35,486 nt of DNA from Nemertoderma westbladi (GCA_032718475.1 JAUCBJ010008646.1:1-35486); one strand, 5' to 3'; shown: positions 9,230 through 22,239, counted from the stretch's first letter. Translations and numbers: made by a program. Notes: generated by a model from the letters alone, not told the origin.

Positions 9230-11534
9230 AGAAGATTGTCAGACTGTGAAACTCTAACAGAAGACTGTCAGACTGTGAAACTCTAACAGTAGACTGCCAG
9301 ACTGTGAAACTCTAACAGAAGACTGCCAGACTGTGAAACTCTAACAGAAGACCGCCAGACTGTGAAACTCTAACAGAAGACTGCCAGACTGTGATACTCT
9401 AACAGAAAACTGCCAGACTGTGAAACTCTAACAGAAGACTGCCAGACTGTGAAACTCTTACAGAAGACTGCCAGACTGTGAAACTCTAACAGAAGACTGC
9501 CAGACTCTGCAACTCTTACAGAAGACTGCCAGACTGTGAAACTCTAACAGAAGACTGCCAGACTGTGAAATTCTAACAGAAGACTGCCAGACTGTGAAAC
9601 TCCCAGACTGTGAAACTCTAACAGAAGACTGCCAGACTGTGAAACTCTAACAGAAGACTGCCAGACTGTGAAACTCTTACAGAAGACTGCCATACTGTGA
9701 GACTCTAACAGAAGACTGCCAGACTGTGAAACTCTAACAGAAGCCTGCCAGACTGTGAAACTCTAACAGAAGACTGCCAGACATTGAAACTCTAACAGAA
9801 GACTGCCAGACTGTGAAACTCTTACAGAAGACTGCCAGACTGTGAAACTCTTGGAGAAGACTGCCAGACTGTGAAACTCTAACAGAAGACTGCCAGACTG
9901 TGAAACTCTAACAGAAGACTGCCAGACTGTGAAAATCTAACAGAAAACTGCCAGACTGTGAAACTCTAACAGAAGACTGCCAGACTGTGAAACTCTAACA
10001 GAAGACTGCCAGACTGTGAAACTCTAACAGAGACTGCCAGACTGTGAAACTCTAACAGAAGACTGCCAGACTGTGAAACTCTAACAGAAGACTGCCAGAC
10101 TGTGAAACTCTAACAGAAGACTGCCAGACTGTGAAACTCTAACAGAAGACTGCCAGACTGTGAAACTCTAACAGAAGACTGCCAGACCTTGAAACTCTAA
10201 CAGAAGACTGCCAGACTGTGAAACTCTAACAGAAGACTGCCAGACTGTGAAACTCTAACAGAAAACTGCCAGACAGTGAAACTCTAACAGAAGACTGCCA
10301 GACTGTGAAACTCTAACAGAAGACTGCCAGACTGTGAAACTCTAACAGAGACTGCCAGACTGTGAAACTCTAACAGAAGACTGCCAGACTGTGAAACTCT
10401 AACAGAAGACTGCCAGACTGTGAAACTCTAACAGAAGACTGCCAGACTGTGAAACTCTAACAGAAGACTGCCAGACTGTGAAACTCTAACAGAAGACTGC
10501 CAGACTGTGAAACTCTAACAGAAGACTGCCAAACTGTGAAACTCTAACATAAGACTGCCAAACTGTGAAACTATAACAGAAGACTGCTAAACTGTGAAAC
10601 TCTAACAGAAGACTGCCAGACTGTGGAACTCTAACAGAAGACAGCCAGACTGTGAAACTCTATCAGAAGAGTGCCAGACTGTGAAACTCTAACAGAAGAC
10701 TGCTTGACTGTGAAATTCTAACAGAAGACGGCCAGACTGTGAAACTCTAACAGAAGACTGCCAGACTGTGAAACTCTAACAGAAGACTGCCAGACTGTGA
10801 AACTCTATCAGAAGAGTGCCAGACTGTAAAACTCTAACAAAAGACTGCCTGACTGTGAAACTCTAACAGAAGACTGCCAGACTGTGAAACTATAACAGAA
10901 GACTGCCAAACTGTGAAACTCTAACAGAAGATTGCCAGACTGTGAAACTCTAACAGAAGACTGCCTGACTGTGAAACTCTATCAGAAGACTGCCAAACTG
11001 TGATACTCTAACAGAAGACTGCCAGACTGTAAAATTCTAACAGAAGACTGACAGACTGTGAAATTCTAACAGAAGACTGCAAGACTGTGAAACAATAACA
11101 GAAGACTAACAGACTGTGAAACTCTAACAGAAAACTGCCAGACTGCGAAACTCTAACAGAAGACTGACATACTGTGAAACTCTAACAGAAGACTACCAGA
11201 TTGTGAAACTCTAACAGAAGACTGCCAGACTGTGAAAATCTAACAGAAGACTGCCAAACTCTGAAACTCTAACAGAAGACTACCAGACTGTGAAACTCTA
11301 ACAGAAGACTACCAGATTGTGAAACTCTAACAGAAGACTGCCAGGCTGTAAAAATCTAACAGAAGACTGCCAGACTGTGATACTCTAACAGAAGACTGCC
11401 AGAATGTGAAACTCTAACAGAAGACTACCAGATTGTGAAACTCTAACAGAAGACTGCCAGACTGTGAAAATCTAACAGAAGACTGGCAGACTGTGAAACT
11501 CTAACAGAAGACTGCCAGACTGTGAAACTCTAAC
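9230..11534. repeat. 29-bp satellite (ACTGTGAAACTCTAACAGAAGACTGCCAG)n, about 80 units
   Basis: 29-bp period, head-to-tail, no unique spacers. Confidence 0.97.
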
Positions 11535-11699
11535 CGAAACCTGCAGATCTTTGAAACAACTTTGAAGCTGGTATCGTTCAGGAATTAATAAAAGACTCGA
11601 TACGTTACGTTGTATTTGGAACCGCATTCTGAGAACTTAAATGGAACTATAATTACTGGTAAGTAAGTATAATAATTACCTGTAGGCACTAGGAACCCC

Positions 11700-11903
11700 T
11701 ATCTGGGAACTGAAATTGAACTGGTCAGGTTTTATGCGAACAAGCGCAAAAACGCTCAAATTCCGCGTCTACTAACGCATGAACTGTCTCCTTGAATGTC
11801 TTACTACAAATCTTATAACAAAAAACCATTCACCGGATTGGGGGGATTGAACTCAGTACCTAGAGATTCCAGTCACACGCTCTGTCAACTGAGCTACTGG
11901 ACC
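11700..11903 (-). mobile_element. tRNA-derived SINE or tRNA pseudogene
   Basis: The minus strand reads GGTCCAGTAGCTCAGTTGACAGAGCG...GAGTTCAATCC (A-box-like and B-box-like). Acceptor and anticodon stems pair poorly, and a T6 run follows. The 3' boundary is approximate. Confidence 0.6.
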
Positions 11904-11940
11904 CGTATCAATCCCTAATACCAAAACCTAAGATGAAATT

Positions 11941-11996
<56 letters not shown>

Positions 11997-11997
11997 C
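11941..11997. repeat. (AAC)19 microsatellite
   Basis: Perfect trinucleotide run. Confidence 0.97.
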
Positions 11998-12061
11998 GGA
12001 GTCAATACTAGAGGTCTCCATAGATAAGTAGATCTGGACTGACGTCATGTGTACCCCCTGG

Positions 12062-12113
12062 GTTCAGTGGGCAGTCTGCCCACTGAACAATATTGAACGC
12101 TAGTAAGCGTTCA
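12062..12113. other. Two adjacent perfect inverted repeats at the left edge of the 53-bp array
   Basis: GTTCAGTGGGCAG-T-CTGCCCACTGAAC (13-bp arms, 12062-12088) and TGAACGCT-AGTA-AGCGTTCA (8-bp arms, 12094-12113). Confidence 0.85.
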
Positions 12114-15100
12114 TAGAGGGTGGTTGATACAGGTGGTAGTTATTGTAACATAAAGACCGGCGTTCATGGAGGGTGGTTGATACAGGTGGTAGTTATTGTA
12201 ACATAAAGACCGGCGTTCATGGAGGGTGGTTGATACAGGTGGTAGTTATTGTAACATAAAGAACGGCGTTCATGGAGGGTGGTTGATACAGGTGGTAGTT
12301 ATTGTAACATAAAGACCGGCGTTCATGGAGGATGGTTGATACAGGTGGTAGTTATTGTAATATAAAGACCGGCGTTCATGGAGGGTGGTTGAACAGGTGG
12401 TAGTTATTGTAACATAAAGACCGGCGTTCATGGAGGGTGGTTGATACAGGTGGTAGTTATTGTAACATAAAGACCGGCGTTCATGGAGGGTGGTTGATAC
12501 AGATGGTAGTTATTGTAACATAAAGACCGGCGTTCATGGAGGGTGGTTGATACAGGTGGTAGTTATTGTAACATAAAGACCGGCGTTCATGGAGAGTGGT
12601 TGATACAGGTGGTAGTTATTGTAACATAAAGACTGGCGTTCATGGTGGGTGTTTGATACATATGGTAGTTATTGTAACATAAAGACCGGCGTTCATGGAG
12701 GGTGGTTGATACAGGTGGTAGTTATTGTAACATAAAGACCGGTGTTCATGGTGTTCATACATGTGGTAGTTATTGTATCATAAAGACCGGCGTTCATGGA
12801 GGGTGGTTGATACAGGTGGTAGTTATTGTAACATAAAGACCGGCGTTCATGGTGTTCATACATGTGGTAGTTATTGTAACATAAAGACCGGCGTTCATGG
12901 AGGGTGGTTGATACAGGTGGTAGTTATTGTAACATAAAGACCGGCGTTCATGGAGGGTGGTTGATACAGGTGGTAGTTATTGTAACATAAAGACCGGCGT
13001 TCAGGGAGGGTGGTTAATACAGGTGGTAGTTATTGTAACATAAAGACCGGCGTTCATGGAGGGTGGTTGATACAGGTGGTAGTTATTGTAACATAAAGAC
13101 CGGCGTTCATGGTGTTCATACATGTGGTAGTTATTGTAACATAAAGACCGGCGTTTATGGAGGGTGGTTGATACAGGTGGTAGTTATTGTAACATAAAGA
13201 CCGGCGTTCATGGAGGGTGGTTGATACAGGTGGTAGTTATTGTAACATAAAGACCGGCGTTCATGGAGGGTGGTTGATACAGGTGGTAGTTATTGTAACA
13301 CAAAGACCGGCGTTCATGGAGGGTGGTTGATACAGGTGGTAGTTATTGTAACATAAAGACCGGCGTTCATGGAGAGTGGTTGATACAGGTGGTAGTTATT
13401 GTAACATAAAGACTGGCGTTCATGGTGGGTGTTTGATACATATGGTAGTTATTGTAACATAAAGACCGGCGTTCATGGAGGGTGGTTGATACAGGTGGTA
13501 GTTATTGTAACATAAAGACCGGCGTTCATGGTGTTCATACATGTGGTAGTTATTGTATCATAAAGACCGGCGTTCATGGAGGGTGGTTGATACAGGTGGT
13601 AGTTATTGTAACATAAAGACCGGCGTTCAGGGAGGGTGGTTGATACAGGTGGTAGTTATTGTAACATAAAGACCGGCGTTCATGGAGGGTGGTTGATACA
13701 GGTGGTAGTTATTGTAACATAAAGACCGGCGTTCATGGAGGGTGGTTGATACAGGTGGTAGTTATTGTAACATAAAGACCGGCGTTCATGGAGGGTGGTT
13801 GATACAGGTGGTAGTTATTGTAACATAAAGACCGGCGTTCATGGAGGGTGGTTGATACAGGTGGTAGTTATTGTAACATAAAGACCGGCGTTTATGGAGG
13901 GTGGTTGATACAGGTGGTAGTTATTGTAACATAAAGACCGGCGTTCATGGAGGGTGGTTGATACAGGTGGTAGTTATTGTAACATAAAGACCGGCGTTCA
14001 TGGTGTTCATACATGTGGTAGTTATTGTAACATAAAGACCGGCGTTCATGGAGGGTGGTTGATACAGGTGGTAGTTATTGTAACATAAAGACCGGCGTTC
14101 ATGGAGGGTGGTTGATACAGGTGGTAGTTATTGTAACATAAAGACCGGCGTTCATGGAGGGTGGTTGATACAGGTGGTAGTTATTGTAACACAAAGACCG
14201 GCGTTCATGGAGGGTGGTTGATACAGGTGGTAGTTATTGTAACATAAAGACCGGCGTTCATGGAGGGTGGTTGATACAGGTGGTAGTTATTGTAACATAA
14301 AGACCGGCGTTCATGGAGGGTGGTTGATACAGGTGGTAGTTATTGTAACATAAAGACCGGCGTTCATGGAGGGTGGTTGATACAGGTGGTAGTTATTGTA
14401 ACATAAAGACCGGCGTTCATGGAGGGTGGTTGATAGAGGTGGTAGTTATTGTAACATAAAGACCGGCGTTCATGGAGGGTGGTTGATACAGGTGGTAGTT
14501 ATTGTAACATAAAGACCGGCGTTCATGGTGTTCATACATGTGGTAGTTATTGTATCATAAAGACCGGCGTTCATGGAGGGTGGTTGATTCAGGTGGTAGT
14601 TATTGTAACATAAAGACCGGCGTTTATGGAGGGTGGTTGATACAGGTGGTAGTTATTGTAACATAAAGACCGGCGTTCATGGAGGGTGGTTGATAGAGGT
14701 GGTAGTTATTGTAACATAAAGACCGGCGTTCATGGAGGGTGGTTGATAGAGGTGGTAGTTATTGTAACATAAAGACCGGCGTTCATGGAGGGTGGTTGAT
14801 ACAGGTGGTAGTTATTGTAACATAAAGACCGGCGTTCATGGTGTTCATACATGTGGTAGTTATTGTATCATAAAGACCGGCGTTCATGGAGGGTGGTTGA
14901 TACAGGTGGTAGTTATTGTAACATAAAGACCGGCGTTTATGGAGGGTGGTTGATACAGGTGGTAGTTATTGTAACATAAAGACCGGCGTTCATGGAGGGT
15001 GGTTGATACACGAGGTAGTTAATGTAACATAAAGACCGGCGTTCATGGAGGGTGGTTGATACAGGTGGTAGTTATTGTAACATAAAGACCGGCGTTCATG

Positions 15101-16510
15101 GAGGGTGGTTGATACAGGAGGTAGTTATTGTAACATAAAGACCGGCGTTCATGGTGTTCATACATGTGGTAGTTATTGTATCATAAAGACCGGCGTTCAT
15201 GGAGGGTGGTTGATACAGGTGGTAGTTATTGTAACATAAAGACCGGCGTTCATGGAGGGTGGTTGATACAGGTGGTAGTTATTGTAACATAAAGACCGGC
15301 GTTCATGGTGTTCATACATGTGGTAGTTATTGTATCATAAAGACCGGCGTTCATGGAGGGTGGTTGATACAGGTGGTAGTTATTGTAACATAAAGACCGG
15401 CGTTTATGGAGGGTGGTTGATACAGGTGGTAGTTATTGTAACATAAAGACCGGCGTTCATGGAGGGTGGTTGATACACGAGGTAGTTAATGTAACATAAA
15501 GACCGGCGTTCATGGAGGGTGGTTGATACAGGTGGTAGTTATTGTAACATAAAGACCGGCGTTCATGGAGGGTGGTTGATACAGGAGGTAGTTATTGTAA
15601 CATAAAGACTGGCGTTCATGGTGGGTGGTTGATACAGGTGGTAGTTATTGTAACATAAAGACCGGCGTTCATGGTGTTCATACATGTGGTAGTTATTGTA
15701 TCATAAAGACCGGCGTTCATGGAGGGTGGTTGATACAGGTGGTAGTTATTGTAACATAAAGACCGGCGTTCATGGAGGGTGGTTGATACAGGTGGTAGTT
15801 ATTGTAACATAAAGACCGGCGTTCATGGAGGGTGGTTGATACACGAGGTAGTTAATGTAACATAAAGACCGGCGTTCAGGGAGGGTGGTTAATACAGGTG
15901 GTAGTTATTGTAACATAAAGACCGGCGTTCAGGGAGGGTGGTTGATACAGGTGGTAGTTATTGTAACATAAAGACCGGCGTTCATGGAGGGTGGTTGATA
16001 CACGAGGTATTTAATGTAACATAAAGACCGGCGTTCAGGGAGGGTGGTTAATACAGGTGGTAGTTATTGTAACATAAAGACCGGCGTTCAGGGAGGGTGG
16101 TTGATACAGGTGGTAGTTATTGTAACATAAAGACCGGCGTTCATGGAGGGTGGTTGATACAGGTGGTAGTTATTGTAACATAAAGACTGGCGTTCATGGA
16201 GGGTGGTTGATACAGGTGGTAGTTATTGTAACATAAAGACCGGCGTTCAGGGAAGGTGGTTGATACAGGTGGTAGTTATTGTAACATAAAGACCGGCGTT
16301 CATGGAGGGTGGTTGATACAGGTGGTAGTTATTGTCACACAAAGACCGGCGTTCATGGAGGGTGGTTGATACAGGTGGTAGTTATTGTAACATAAAGACC
16401 GGCGTTCATGGAGGGTGGTTGATACAGGTGGTAGTTATTGTAACATAAAGACCGGTGTTCATGGAGGGTGGTTGATACAGGTGGTAGTTATTGTAACATA
16501 AAGACCGGCG
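12107..16510. repeat. 53-bp satellite (GACCGGCGTTCATGGAGGGTGGTTGATACAGGTGGTAGTTATTGTAACATAAA)n, about 84 units, with an interspersed 48-bp variant
   Basis: 53-bp period; the recurrent variant ...CATGGTGTTCATACATGTGGTAG... is 5 bp shorter. Confidence 0.97.
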
Positions 16511-17174
16511 CTTGTCAGATCGTTGTCTCCAGCTGATGTTTAGCTTCAATTCTCTATTAAATTTCATTGATTATTCCTAATTTATTTATAGATTAAATCT
16601 AAATCTGCCGCAAAAAGAAACACAATTTGTGAATTCAATGAAAGAACTGAAACATTTCGTGTAACTTAAAATGATTCAACACTTAGAAACTCCAGTTGGT
16701 CGCCACTAACTAAATAAATACTAAAGTAAGTATAGCAGCTGGGTGTAAAATATAAAACTCGAAAAAATATAAATGTCGACAATATGAACTTAAAATTGAA
16801 GCAAACAACATATTATACTTTAAAACAACTTAAAATTAAACGTAAAAAAACAAAGTTAACTTGTCAATAATCGGTATTGGTTTGTGCTATTAAGATTCAA
16901 ACGCAGACTAGAATTTATTAAGTTCCACATAGTTTGTTAAACTAATCTGTTAGATTAGCTAATAAAAATATTTATATGAAATCATAATATTTCCTTTTTG
17001 TTATATTTCAGACAACAACTATCTACTGTAGAATGTTTCTAAATCTATAACTCAATGAAATTAGCTCAAATTCTGGAGGTGCAGCTTCGATATATTCAGG
17101 TGAGTTGAAAAACCAAAACCCAGAACTATTTCTCTCAAAGATTGTCTCTGTTTAGAACGTTAGAAATTCTTCGG

Positions 17175-18470
17175 ATACTACTACTAGGATTGGCATGCTG
17201 CATTGCAGCGGTATTTTTAAGAATGCTGTGCCTGCTGCTTGACGATAAAATTGCGCCGCCACAACTCCCTATCACCCATGACATTTGCTAGATCATCCGC
17301 ATCTTCAAGGCCAGTATATTTTAAGATGATTCTCAAGAAAGTCATGGGCTGTCCACCATGCTTATTCACTCCATGAGGATGCCAAAGCACACGATTATGC
17401 ACTGGCTAGTCTTCATGTCGAAAGCAATGTCCTGCAAAACGGAGGCAACTTTGTTCTAGTGTCAAGCTTGGGGAAACCAATGAAAGAACCTCCAATGTTA
17501 TATAGTGTCTGGTTGGAGATGTGTGCATTGTACTTGACACAATGAACCCGGCGTAGCATTCTTGTGAATGTGCCATCCAGAGATTTGGTGTTCTCAACAG
17601 TTAGAGCCCAGCATGGACTCGCATAGAACTGGAAATACTGATGCTCTAAATAATCGGACCTTAAGTTTTCGATTAATTCTCTGTGACTTCCAAATCCTGG
17701 AAAGCCTTTTCAAGGCAGCCCAGCACATGCCTTTCCCTTAGGTATTCGAAGGTCCCACACCTGACTTCCGGATCCATACTCCCATGTAACAGAAGACGTC
17801 CACACGCTCAAGCATACCATTCTTTGAGCTTTTGCTCAACCGGTCAGAGACTTGCTGAGGACTTTCAAAGTTAACTGTCAAAATGTTGGTCATTTTGGAG
17901 TTAATAATAAGACCAACACTAGAAGCAGCATGTTCTAATGAGCTGAGGAGCCGTTGGGCTCCCTCTAATGATTCTGAGAGTACTCCTAATTCATCAGCAA
18001 AGTCTAGATCAGTTAGGTACTTGGCAGGATTTCCTCGACTACTGGAGCCAGTAGGTGGAGTTATCATCACCCCATCATCATTATGATGATTTAAGGACAT
18101 GCGTAGAACAAAGTCAACCACAATTATGAACAAGAATGGCGCAAGTGTGTCTCCTTGGAGGACTCCCCATAATACTTCAAATAGTTCTGTGTCACCGTCA
18201 ACAGTAGACACAAATGTTGTCGAACCATCGTATACTGATCTGATTGCTGCAATAATTTCATCAGGAATTCCATATAATGAAAGTATGCTGAACATACGTG
18301 AGCGGGAGACTGAATCAAAGGCCTTGAAGAAGTCAACAAAGATAACAGCCAGATGCCTGTCTTTCTTTTGTGATAATTCTTCAATTATCCTTCTAAGTGC
18401 CAAAATGGGCTTCATGGTCCCACTATCTTTGCGGAAACCATTCTGATTTCCACGGAGGAGTCTCTCAAAT
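17175..18470 (-). mobile_element. 5'-truncated, decayed RTE-clade retrotransposon, copy 2 (same family as 2997-3847)
   Basis: RT motifs NQNGFRK, FVDFFKAFDSVSR, GVLQGDTLAPFLF and LDFADELG (FADD changed to FADE). The 3' part is frameshifted. Same 3' UTR and (TAG)n tail as copy 1. Confidence 0.92.
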
Positions 18471-20964
18471 TCATTCAAATTCATTGTTAGATAAGCTAAT
18501 CTTTATTTACGTATCACCTAAAGGGACATGAAAGAAAGAAATACTATTTACAAACTGATATGAATGAATTACTAACTCGTACGAGCGACTAACTAAGTCG
18601 TGCGAACGACGAATTTAAATATTATATTGCTGATGCAAATTTAAATTTTTACACTGGGCTGGGAGGGATTTTTAATATGAAATCATAATATTATTTTTCC
18701 GTTTTGCTATTTTCCAGACAAGTATTACCTCTTGAATTCTAAATCAACAACTTCAGTTCAACTCGGACAGATTATTATTTAACATTGAGATTTCGGCAAC
18801 ATATCTTATATTCCAACTAGACCAACAATCCGAATTATTTAAGGAGTTGAATCTTCGATATATTAAGGTGAGATACATTGAGTCCCAAAGGCTTCTAGAA
18901 CTAATTTTGGTTTTCAGTCAGGAAGAAATTTCTCCTTTTAGAATGTTAGAAATGTTCCTTAAAGTTATTACTGTACTATTTCGTTGCATTGAAATAGTTT
19001 CAATGTTGAAATCGTTTTAAATTTCCCGCCTTATATCACTAGGGCCTATCATACTGATAGTTTTAAATTTCCCGCCCTTTTCTACTTGGTCAATTAATAC
19101 ATGTTGTCTGTTGGTTGTGGGTATTGTTTGGTGCATATTCGAAATAAATTAAATATTATATAAAGAAATGTAACATAAAAAAAAGTTTCAATAATATGCA
19201 AATTTTATGGACCTATTTCATTTCTATATTTACAGAATAATCGCAAACCAAACAAGATGCCATTTGGATTATAAGAAAACAGAAGCAGATTATTATATAT
19301 ATAATATTGGAATATCAGAGAAGAGAAACTTTATTATAACAAATCAACAAATTAACAAATAACATCCCAATAAAGTAATCCAACCATACAGACAGACAGT
19401 AGTTCCGATGTTCTAAACTCAAACTATACTAAGTATTCAAAAGAAGATCAGATCAATTGATTGAATAACACCAGTTCAATCCCGTATCTTACAGAATATT
19501 ATATTCAGTTACCGAAAATATTTAATAGTATTGATGTTGATGGCCAGTATTATAAATAGGTTTATGTAATAATTTATATTATGGGAATTTTATAACTTTA
19601 TTTATATTATAAATAATAATAATGATTTAATTATTTTGCATAGGGAGAGCTCGCAATTTTCGCTAAAATTAGATCTAAAATAATTAATTTATATCAGATA
19701 TAAATACAATAATGATATAAATTTCCCTCAATTGATTTTCATTTTAATTAGTTTTTGTTCGATTTTATTCCCATATTATCTGTATTGTGTATTCGAGTAA
19801 TACCTGTGTATCTGCTACGTCCCTTTGGTAGACACAAACCTGGTCCATCCACTAATATAAAGTTTTAATTATTACTCAGAGGTTCCCATTGGTTATATTA
19901 TTAACCAATCGGTTCTTTAACCAATAAAACATTGGTTTACAATGAGTGTAACGGAGTTGGTTCCCATTCAGAACTACTATAATGTTATATGTTTATCTAA
20001 TCTATTCTAATTATCTCGGTCCCACTGTGGCTGGTTGTGGTTTCCCTAAAGTTACCGGACAACCCTATGTCATTGTACGTCCGTCCGTGTTACTATCAAC
20101 TCTGTTTGGACAATCGCACTCCATTCTGCACCAAAATCACCAGTTCAGCTATTTATATCCTTATAAAGGATATATTTAGCATTAATTACAGCGACCAGTA
20201 GTGGATTGGTTACAGACTTGGTAAACCTCGGGGTTCTGTATTGGATACACAGGGGGTTCGTTCCTATACTTACATTCATATGTAACACAGATATGGAACG
20301 GTGACAGGAAACCAAATCAGATGTTCAGCTAATAATTATTGAGGCATCATCATTGTGAGCTAACCCTATTCATTACTTTTTAATATTTATTTGTATTAAT
20401 TCTGTTTAATTGATGTGATTTAATTGAATTGTGTTCTATTTATTATTCTATATTTAGTTAAGTAAGTAATGTTTTCTAAAAATATATTTATAAATTTCTG
20501 AAAGACTATTGATTAATATATTTATTTATAGCCCAATTAATTTTGTATGTAATTTATAAATGTATAATTTTATTAAATTAGTTATAACTTTCCTTTTAAT
20601 GATAAACTCAAGTGGAAAAATATAAAATATATATTTTACATATGTGTCATTATATCAACGTATATTAGACCTATATTGACCTTAAATTTACAAGCTGATA
20701 ACATACAATAACATACAATAAATAAATAAACAAGGTTCATACAATAAATTCAGATTCCGTGATCCCAGGGTACGACAAGGCTCATATTTAACGAGTTTAA
20801 CTCAAGTACTCATTTAGCTATTAATTTATTAGCTATTAGCTATTAGCTATTATTTAGCTACTCAATTACACGCCGCCCACCACACTATCAACCAATCACA
20901 CCCCCTCTACCTCCGTACCAACAAATCAAAGTCAAGCTGAAATCTATCAACCAAGAACACGCTG

Positions 20965-21217
20965 CCATTAATAGGCCAGGGATTACGCACAAAGTCTGAC
21001 GACTTATTTCCAATGCGGTCCCCCCAGAACTTTACTTCCCAGAGGAAATCCAGTACTCATTTAGGTACCACTTAAGGATCCAAGGCAGAGATGCACCCTG
21101 GCTGGTCCCTTTAAAGCATTCGTGCCGAAACGAAAACTGCCCTGGCCCATGTGAGGATCGAACCCACGACAAACGGGAGATGTGAATTCAATTGCAACCA
21201 CTACACCAAGGTGGAAC
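20965..21217 (-). mobile_element. tRNA-derived SINE with a LINE-like 3' tail
   Basis: Minus strand: A box TGGTGTAGTGG, B box GGTTCGATCC, central GGTACCTAAATGAGTACTGG, and tail GGGACCGCATTGGAAATAAGTCG resembling L2/CR1-group LINE 3' ends. The head does not fold as a proper cloverleaf. Confidence 0.65.
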
Positions 21218-22239
21218 ATATCATATGACCTGTACAGATACTAATTCGTTTATTGTTTTGGTTCGATTCACTTCCTATGTAGGCCTAACCAGGGTTTTTA
21301 TTTAAAACCTGGTATTCTTCGCGTGGGGGTAAATTGTAAAGTGAAATAAAGCAAACTGAGGCAAGATAAGGTCGCGGTACATGGGCCTATTTGCTTCATA
21401 GCATTATCATTAGGTAATATTTTGTAGAATGTATTTAGATATTCTAATTTAAATAATTTTTATTTAATTTTAATTTAAATTTTTACATGCGTTGAAAGAG
21501 AATCGAAGTAAAGTAAGGCACATAATTTGAGCAAAATCCATTCAAACACTCAAAAGATATTGGAACTTTAGTGTCTGAAAGACGAACTACAAAACGGAAC
21601 TCAATATCCAATATTGGTTTAGGCTGTGTAGCCCGTATATACCAGTGTTGGCGTATCACGTGTCACTGTTGACGGATTTTATTTTATATATTCGTGTTGT
21701 CCTAAGTTCACAGTTCTAGAACAACTGTGATGTGGCGAAAATATCGTAATTGTATACTATATAGTACACAAGTTTGGAATTTTTCCGGGCAGTCGGGGCA
21801 CCACTGTTCCACATGTGGTACCAGTAATAGTAGTACAATTATTTAAACAATCAATTATCTAAGTACCCGAACTAATGTAATAAAGAGATAATATTTAATC
21901 CTTGAAAACGTGTATGTTTAATAATGCCATAAACTCTATCCACCAATCCATCGGAGCCATAAACTATATCCAGTAAACACTCGAATTTTCGGTGTAATAT
22001 GGTAAATTTTGGTTCTAGCACCACATTTCGTACCCATCACCAAAAAAGTACAATTTTGAGATATCCAGTGCGGTTTTTATTGATTCCATCGGATTCACAA
22101 CCCTCATAAACCCGTATAACGAAAGAAACAAGATGATACTATCTATTTATCAATTTGCTTATTTCCAAAAATTTGGTGCTGTCACAACAATTTTCACCTC
22201 ACAAACCCGTATAACGCAAGAAACAAGGTGACACAAACA

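Larger units (their letters stand above)
8663..16725 (+). pseudogene. Decayed multi-exon BTB-BACK-like gene (exons about 8663-8794, 9088-11658, 16592-16725; possibly also 17012-17099 and 18718-18867)
   Basis: AG/GT-bounded segments with compatible phases read ISFI/YSG...FHLAQANKLHRLT | ...IRNLPETKIYAKSVGLETLSEKCWAKILN ... NNFEAGIVQELIKDS ... NY[W/*] | LNLNLPQKETQF...ELKHFV*LKMI. This follows the order and spacing of the BTB C-terminus and BACK consensus. Several stops and frameshifts. Confidence 0.42.

Noticed and set aside
11832-11903. Functional tRNA gene
   Set aside because: Acceptor and anticodon stems do not pair properly, so it is treated as a SINE head or pseudogene; the same applies to 21140-21217.
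9230-16510. CRISPR-like appearance of the 29-bp and 53-bp arrays
   Set aside because: Units are head-to-tail with no unique spacers, there are no cas genes, and the context is eukaryotic.
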